A DNA stretch of 64,000 bases from an uncultured Acidobacteriota bacterium (GTDB lineage: Bacteria > Acidobacteriota > Thermoanaerobaculia > Gp7-AA8): positions 1,504,001-1,568,000 of the forward strand of contig CAWGHO010000002.1 in assembly GCA_963822445.1 (NCBI GenBank), in the 5' to 3' direction. Each line of letters opens with the position of its first letter. The stretch's first letter is position 1. The position numbers and the translations under genes are program-made. Under the pieces are notes generated by a model, which ran no database searches, was not told the DNA's origin, and saw nothing but the letters and a program-made list of their open reading frames with translations. Positions 58,521-64,000 of this stretch are shown piece by piece.

Positions 58521-59039
58521 TCAGAGATACCGTTCCCTGAGAATGCGCGTGTGGTGAATGACGTGCCCCGCGGCGATGTAAGCCATCGCCCGAACGGAAA
58601 ACGCATAGCCGCTGGCGACGCCGCGCCGCAACCACGCCTCGGGCGAGAGGTTGTCGAACAGGTCGAGCGTCGCCGCGCGGATCGACCCGAATTCGTGAAC
58701 GTGCGAAGCCATCGTTCGCTCCGCCGGTCTGGCCGTCTTCACGGCGAGCTCGGGCTCGAAGCTCGGCAGCGGCGGCTCCATCTCCCGCGCGAACCAGAAC
58801 GCTCGGATGGTGTAGAGCCGTTCGCAGTCGTTGATGTGACTCACGATCTCGCGCACGCTCCACTTGTCCGGCGCGTAACGATGATCGGCGATCGACTCCG
58901 GCAACGCCGCCAGAAACGACCGCGCTTCGCGGCCCTGCTCTTCGAGGATCGAGCGGATGTCGCCGTCGGGAACCTGATCGATGTAGCTGAAGTAGTACTC
59001 GACCGTTTCGTCGCGCTCGGGCCGTCCGGGGATGTTCAT
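58521..59039 (-). CDS. DinB family protein
   Basis: YAPDKWSVREIVSHINDCER, IAAGHVIHH. Confidence 0.88.
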   Translation of the reverse strand: MNIPGRPERDETVEYYFSYIDQVPDGDIRSILEEQGREARSFLAALPESIADHRYAPDKWSVREIVSHINDCERLYTIRAFWFAREMEPPLPSFEPELAVKTARPAERTMASHVHEFGSIRAATLDLFDNLSPEAWLRRGVASGYAFSVRAMAYIAAGHVIHHTRILRERYL

Positions 59040-59063
59040 ATGCTTCAGCATTATCCTTCGCGC

Positions 59064-59366
59064 ATGCTGTCGTACGAAGTAACCATCCAGGTCGACGATC
59101 TCGCGCTCGCCGGTGCGCTGGAGCGGTACATGCGCGACAAACATCTCTCGGAGGTCTTCGCGACGGGCTGCTTCCTCGACGCGCATTTCGAAACGAGCGA
59201 AGCGGGCGTCTATCGCTCGCGATACACCGTCGCGTCGCAGGAAGATCTCGATCGCTATCTCCAGGAATCAGCCCCGCGGTTGCGCGCCGATTTCGTCGAG
59301 CATTTCCCGGCCGGACTGCGGGTGAGCCGTGCCGTCTGGACTGAGCTTGCCGGCGCGAGCCGCTGA
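59064..59366 (+). CDS. DUF4286 family protein
   Basis: YEVT, YMRDKH..VFATGCF, LDRYLQESAPRLRADF. Confidence 0.8.
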   Translation: MLSYEVTIQVDDLALAGALERYMRDKHLSEVFATGCFLDAHFETSEAGVYRSRYTVASQEDLDRYLQESAPRLRADFVEHFPAGLRVSRAVWTELAGASR

Positions 59367-59367
59367 G

Positions 59368-59850
59368 TCAGCGGGTCAGCTCCAGCGTCATCTCGACCAT
59401 CGTGTCGCGAAAGCCGAGCCGTGCGAACAGCGCGTGCGCCCCGCCGTTCTGCGCGGCCGTCCACAAAACGACGCGAGGCGCTCCGCGCTCGCGCAGCCAG
59501 TCGATGGCCGCGGCCATCAACTTCGTCCCGATTCCGTGACCACACGATCCCTCGGCAACGAGCACGTCGTGAATGAATCCCGCCGGGCCGCGGAGCTCTT
59601 TCCACGACAGCGGCTCGAGCGCGGCGAAGACGTAGCCCACGACTCCGCTGCCGTCATCGGCCACGAAAATCACGCTGTCCGGATCATCGAGCATCGACCC
59701 GAGGAATCCTGCGTACCCCACGGACGCACCAGCCCTCGGCGTCAGGAAGCGCAGCCGGTCGAATTCGTAGTGTTGTTGCATCAGCGCCGCGCCGAGCTGG
59801 CCGAGCGCCGGAGGATCGGCGGCAGTCGCTTTGCGGATCGTCACGGTCAT
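59368..59850 (-). CDS. GNAT family acetyltransferase
   Basis: IHDVLV...GHGIGTKLM, N..A.ALF..LGF. Confidence 0.9.
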   Translation of the reverse strand: MTVTIRKATAADPPALGQLGAALMQQHYEFDRLRFLTPRAGASVGYAGFLGSMLDDPDSVIFVADDGSGVVGYVFAALEPLSWKELRGPAGFIHDVLVAEGSCGHGIGTKLMAAAIDWLRERGAPRVVLWTAAQNGGAHALFARLGFRDTMVEMTLELTR

Positions 59851-59976
59851 GGCGGGCGATCATAGCGACGAAGGCATCAGAGATCTCTCAGACAGAAATC
59901 AGACAACCCGCAACGACTTCATCGCCGGGCGCGCCGATCATCGCTGCACAACTCAAATTTCGTCGAGGGAGCACCG

Positions 59977-61692
59977 ATGAAGCGTGCGGGAACGATCTCC
60001 ATCCTGGTGGCAATGGCTGCGCTGTCCATGAACGTGGCGGCGGCTGAAAACGAACAGGTGCGCATCGCGCTCAACGAACGGCGGATCGAGGCGGGACAGC
60101 GCACGGTCATCCTCAGCGTCTACGCCACGCAGGAAGGCGGAGAGCCGGTTGCGACCGAGACGCGCTCGATGAACGTCGGCACGCAAGGGTTCACGGCTTC
60201 CCTCGGCAAGCTGTCGCCGGCCGCGCCCGCCGGTCAAATGCGATGGGTCGCCGTGCGCGTCCCGCCCGGCACTGAGAGCCGGCGCGTTCCCCTGGCCTCG
60301 ACGGGTGATGTGACTGTCAACGTCGTCCCGGCGGCCGCGATCCAGGCGCCGGGCATCATCGAGTCGACGGTGCTGGGATTCCGATTCCCGGACGGGACGG
60401 TGCAGACATCCGCGGCCACGGTCAGCGGTGGAGTGCCGAGCGTGAACGGGATCGGCGGCGCGGTGACGATCACCGGCGGAGGAAGCGCATCGGTGCAGAC
60501 GGCCGGCAGCACGATCACCGTCTCCAGTCCCGCCTTCGGAGCTCCGGTCTCGGTCGGATCGGCGAACGCCGCCGGCGCCGCGAGCACGATGGCCCGCTCC
60601 GATCATGTTCACGCGCATGGCGATCAGGCGGGCGGCACTCTTCACGCTGCCGCAACGGTCGGAACGGCCGGCTTCCTGTCCGCGACCGACAAACAGAAGA
60701 TCGACGGCGCCGTCGTCTACACGCGCACGATCATCGTCAGTCCCGTGCCCGGCAATTCCGTGGCGAGCGGCACGGCGCTGGTCAACGCTTTGAGCGGCAT
60801 CTCAGGAAACAGCGCGACCGATCCGTATCTCCTGAAGATCGAGCCCGGCATCTACGACATCGGCGCGACCGCGCTCACGATGAAGACGTTCGTGGACGTC
60901 GAGGGCTCGGGCGAGAACGCGACCTTCATCGTGGCCTCTCGCGGCGGGGCATCGCTGGCCAACACCGCGGCGGCCGTCGTCTCCGCCGCGAGCTCCGAGT
61001 TGCGGTCGCTGACGATCACGAACACCGCCCCGGGCTCGACCGTCGGCATCGGATACTTTGGCAACACTGCCTCTCGCCTCCGTCAGGTCACGATCAGCTC
61101 TACCGGCGGCTCGACCTCATCCGTCGGGATCTTTGCCACGGCCGGCGCTTCGTTGACGATCTCGGATGCCACCGTCACGGCCACGTCGACAGGCTCGACC
61201 TCTGGATCGAACGGGATCCAACTCTCCAGCACGGCGAAGGTTTGGGTTCTGAAGAGTGCGATCACCGCCAAAGGCACGGCGGGCACCGGGACGAACACGG
61301 GAGTGGCGCTGGGCAACGCCTCGGCCGCCGTGACGATCGACAGCTCGACGATTCTTGCGACCGGCACCGCCGGTCAGAACAACGGCGTGTCCACCGCACC
61401 GGGCAACGCGACGATCCTGAATTCGACCGTGCAGGTCGAGACCGCCGGCGCGCGGATCGCCGTCTCCACCAGCAACAGCAGCAGTTCCACGATCAACGTG
61501 TTTCACTCCCGGCTCCTGGCTGGCGGCGGAGGCAGCAGCTCGCAGCTATCCGCGACTAAGGGAACCGGCTCGAATTTGCACGTGGCGGCGTCGCAGGTGG
61601 ACAGCTCGTCGACGGGCACCCCGAAGTGCGTACACGTCTACGACGCCGACATGGACGATCTGAACAACGTCTGCCCCACGCCGGTCTTGTAA
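59977..61692 (+). CDS. Secreted fibre/adhesin-like protein with tail-fibre-like motifs and a beta-helix region
   Basis: Signal peptide; GFRFPDGTVQT, SVNGIGGAVTI, ARSDHVH, AGFLSATDKQKIDG; PYLLKIEPGIYD..FVDVEGSG followed by Ser/Thr/Gly beta-strand repeats. Confidence 0.7.
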   Translation: MKRAGTISILVAMAALSMNVAAAENEQVRIALNERRIEAGQRTVILSVYATQEGGEPVATETRSMNVGTQGFTASLGKLSPAAPAGQMRWVAVRVPPGTESRRVPLASTGDVTVNVVPAAAIQAPGIIESTVLGFRFPDGTVQTSAATVSGGVPSVNGIGGAVTITGGGSASVQTAGSTITVSSPAFGAPVSVGSANAAGAASTMARSDHVHAHGDQAGGTLHAAATVGTAGFLSATDKQKIDGAVVYTRTIIVSPVPGNSVASGTALVNALSGISGNSATDPYLLKIEPGIYDIGATALTMKTFVDVEGSGENATFIVASRGGASLANTAAAVVSAASSELRSLTITNTAPGSTVGIGYFGNTASRLRQVTISSTGGSTSSVGIFATAGASLTISDATVTATSTGSTSGSNGIQLSSTAKVWVLKSAITAKGTAGTGTNTGVALGNASAAVTIDSSTILATGTAGQNNGVSTAPGNATILNSTVQVETAGARIAVSTSNSSSSTINVFHSRLLAGGGGSSSQLSATKGTGSNLHVAASQVDSSSTGTPKCVHVYDADMDDLNNVCPTPVL

Positions 61693-61697
61693 GTCCG

Positions 61698-63362
61698 CTA
61701 CTGCACGGCGAAGAGCGGCGTGTCTCCGCCGAGCTCCGGAAAGACGTGGGACTCGCGAGCGACGAAGGTGAGGCCGGATCCGGCGACGAGATCGCGGACG
61801 GTACGCGACGCCAGCGCTTCGCGCGGCCGGGCGATCGATGCGAGCGTGAAGGCGATCTCCACCGCCGTGCCGGTGGGATCGCCGTGCGCGATCCGGCACT
61901 CGCCGGTGTGAATGCCGAAGCGCAGCGCGACGCCGCGGTGATTCGCGAAGTCGCGTACTTCTCTCGCGCACCGGATTGCACGCGCCGGTCCGTCGAACGC
62001 CGCCATGAGCGTTCCATCGCGCGTCCGCTCGAACCTTTTGCCGCGGTACATCTCGATCTGATGGAGAGCCTGCTGCCGGTGCTCGCCGAAGGAGGCCCGG
62101 TTGCCGGCCTCGGGACCGCTGGCGATGCACAGCACGGTCGCGAGCACGCCGTCCGATCCTTCATGGACATGGCTCCCGGTCAGAAACTCCTCGATGGGAT
62201 CGAGAATCGCGTCCTGATCGCCGACGAAGGGAAGATGGTCCACGCCGGGCAGCTCGACGAACTTCGCTCCCGGAATCTTCGAGGCGACGTACCGCCCCTC
62301 TTCCACTTTCAGGCAAAGGTCTCCCGTCCGATGGATGACCAGGGTCGGCACGCGAATGGTCGGCAGCACCGGCCGGATATCGATCTCCGAGTTCATGCGC
62401 GTCAGGGCGTCGGCCGCGCCGGGACTGGCGCCCATGCGCAGATACTTCGCCCACCAGTCGCGAAACTCGGGATCGTGGGCTCGGCTCGGTGCGCGCTCGG
62501 CGATCCCGACCGGATTTCCCCACTCTTCGCGAATCGAGCGCAGAAAGACTTCCCGGGCCTCGACGGTCGGAGCCCAGGGGTAGTCGACGTCGCGGATCCG
62601 TCTCGCGTACGTGCCGATCATCACCAGCGCCGCGGTCTTGTCGGGATAGGTCGCCGCGTAGAGGCTGCACATCGGACCGCCTTCCGACACTCCGCAGAGC
62701 GCGGCGCGTTTCGAACCGACGGCGTCGAGCACGGCCCGAACGTCGTCCATCCGCTGTTCGAGCGTCGGAAGATCGCCCACCCGGTCGGACAAACCCGTGC
62801 CTCGCTTGTCGAAGACGATCAGTCTCGAGAACGACGACAGACGCCGCAGAAATCGTGCGAAGGAGGGCTCGGACCAGAAGTAGTCGAGATGGGACACCCA
62901 TCCCATGACGAACACGAGATCGAGCGGTCCGTCGCCGAGGACCTGGTAGGCGATGTTCACGTCCCGGCTTCGCGCGTAATGGACCTTGGGAGGCACGAAC
63001 GAGTCGATCGGTCGCGGTTGCGCCTCGGCCGTTGGCGAATGAACCTCGACGACTGCATTCAAGCGATACCCGCGCCGCGGAACGGTCTCGATGTAGGACT
63101 CGCCTCCCGCTTTCAGGCCGAGAGTCCGGCGCAGGAGAGAGATGTTCTGAGCGAGGCTGTTTTCCTCGACGGCGACCTGCGGCCAGACGCGCGCCAGCAG
63201 CTCGTCTTTGGCGACGACATGCCCACTCTTTTCGGCGAGGACGAGGAGCGTTTCGAAAGCCTTGGGCGTCAGCGCAACCGGCGCGGCGTCCCTGTACAGC
63301 ACGCCGACAGCGGCGTCGATGCAGAAGGTATCGAAGCGATACTCCTGTTTTTGGCGCTGCAT
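61698..63362 (-). CDS. Winged-HTH (CadC/OmpR-like) + alpha/beta hydrolase + degenerate class III cyclase (LipJ-like)
   Basis: LTPKAFETL, IETVPRRGYR; FDKRGTGLSD, GVSEGG, DH; RFGIHTGEC. Confidence 0.88.
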   Translation of the reverse strand: MQRQKQEYRFDTFCIDAAVGVLYRDAAPVALTPKAFETLLVLAEKSGHVVAKDELLARVWPQVAVEENSLAQNISLLRRTLGLKAGGESYIETVPRRGYRLNAVVEVHSPTAEAQPRPIDSFVPPKVHYARSRDVNIAYQVLGDGPLDLVFVMGWVSHLDYFWSEPSFARFLRRLSSFSRLIVFDKRGTGLSDRVGDLPTLEQRMDDVRAVLDAVGSKRAALCGVSEGGPMCSLYAATYPDKTAALVMIGTYARRIRDVDYPWAPTVEAREVFLRSIREEWGNPVGIAERAPSRAHDPEFRDWWAKYLRMGASPGAADALTRMNSEIDIRPVLPTIRVPTLVIHRTGDLCLKVEEGRYVASKIPGAKFVELPGVDHLPFVGDQDAILDPIEEFLTGSHVHEGSDGVLATVLCIASGPEAGNRASFGEHRQQALHQIEMYRGKRFERTRDGTLMAAFDGPARAIRCAREVRDFANHRGVALRFGIHTGECRIAHGDPTGTAVEIAFTLASIARPREALASRTVRDLVAGSGLTFVARESHVFPELGGDTPLFAVQ

Positions 63363-63417
63363 CGCACGCGATTGTATTCCGGGTCCGCGCACGGTCTTTG
63401 CGTCGATCGTCGAGTCG

Positions 63418-64000
63418 ATGCCCACCTGTCGCAGAAGTGCGTTGCTCCTCGCAATCCTCGCGATTACCGCGGTCGGAGTCGCCCAGACACCGACCTTATC
63501 CGAGACGTATGAGGTCGTCGTTCACAACCTGGACGTGTTCGTGACGGACGCGAAGGGAAACGCGGTCACCGGGTTGTCCAGGGACGACTTCGAGATCCTC
63601 GTCGACAAGAAGCGGCAGGAGATCACGCACTTTGCGGCGTATCGGGCGGACCGCGCATCGACGGCGCCCGACGAAGCACCAAGGAAGGACGTGCCCGGCA
63701 CGACCGAACCGCCGCGAACGATCGTTTTCTTCATCGACGAGGTGGGTCTCCACCCGACGACGCGCGAGAAGTTCCAGGAACAGGTCGAAACCCTCGCGAA
63801 GCAGATTCTGCGACCGAACGATCAGGCGATGATCGTGACCGCGGCGGCGAAGAACAAGATCGCACTGCCGTTGACCTCTGATCATCAGGCTACGCTCGCG
63901 GAGATCCGGAAGGTGCTGGCCGCGCAGCCGCAGATGAATCGGGTGGTGCAGCGCGAGCGGCTGGCGTTGCAGCGCGATCTCGACCGCGCGACGACGCCCG
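63418..64000 (+). CDS. Acidobacterial VWFA-related secreted protein (partial)
   Basis: Hand translation MPTCRRSALLLAILAITAVGVAQ..VVHNLDVFVTDAKGNAVTGLSRDDFEILVD; runs off the window edge. Confidence 0.82.
   Translation, partial: MPTCRRSALLLAILAITAVGVAQTPTLSETYEVVVHNLDVFVTDAKGNAVTGLSRDDFEILVDKKRQEITHFAAYRADRASTAPDEAPRKDVPGTTEPPRTIVFFIDEVGLHPTTREKFQEQVETLAKQILRPNDQAMIVTAAAKNKIALPLTSDHQATLAEIRKVLAAQPQMNRVVQRERLALQRDLDRATTP

Noticed and set aside
59977-61692. Prophage interpretation of the tail-fibre-like gene
   Set aside because: It has a signal peptide, and no capsid, terminase, integrase or tail genes are nearby.

Overview
GC-rich bacterial chromosome segment, most consistent with Acidobacteriota (probably Thermoanaerobaculia). 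This is inferred from acidobacterial VWA proteins, a sulfatase-like/TPR lipoprotein, an Oar-type TonB receptor and several Ser/Thr kinases. It holds about 55 densely packed CDS; I saw no rRNA, tRNA, CRISPR array, integrase or transposase. Contents in order: PP2C sensor phosphatase, folE, acyl-CoA dehydrogenase, DPP III, a wzm/wzt pair split by a DUF4331 + two paralogs + PAS-LuxR cassette, stomatin, bfd-bfr with a Fur-like box, L,D-transpeptidase, two Ser/Thr kinases, FHA-GGDEF, MBL-rhodanese, a radical SAM/lipoprotein pair, a LiaF-like/LytS/LytTR module, an ArsR-SRPBCC-DoxX operon, a large BNR protein, a mannoside cluster (GH38, sugar ABC, frameshifted GH47), a three-gene membrane protein/KAP-like NTPase/unknown module, an HpnR-like radical SAM, a secreted tail-fibre-like protein and a wHTH-hydrolase-pseudocyclase. 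The best candidate for an undescribed system is the KAP-like NTPase module at 53210-57062, a possible defence/conflict system. Also notable: small palindromic repeats, some recruited into genes, and a recurring TAnnnT motif just upstream of start codons that suggests leaderless transcription. All family calls come from motif recognition by eye, not from database searches.
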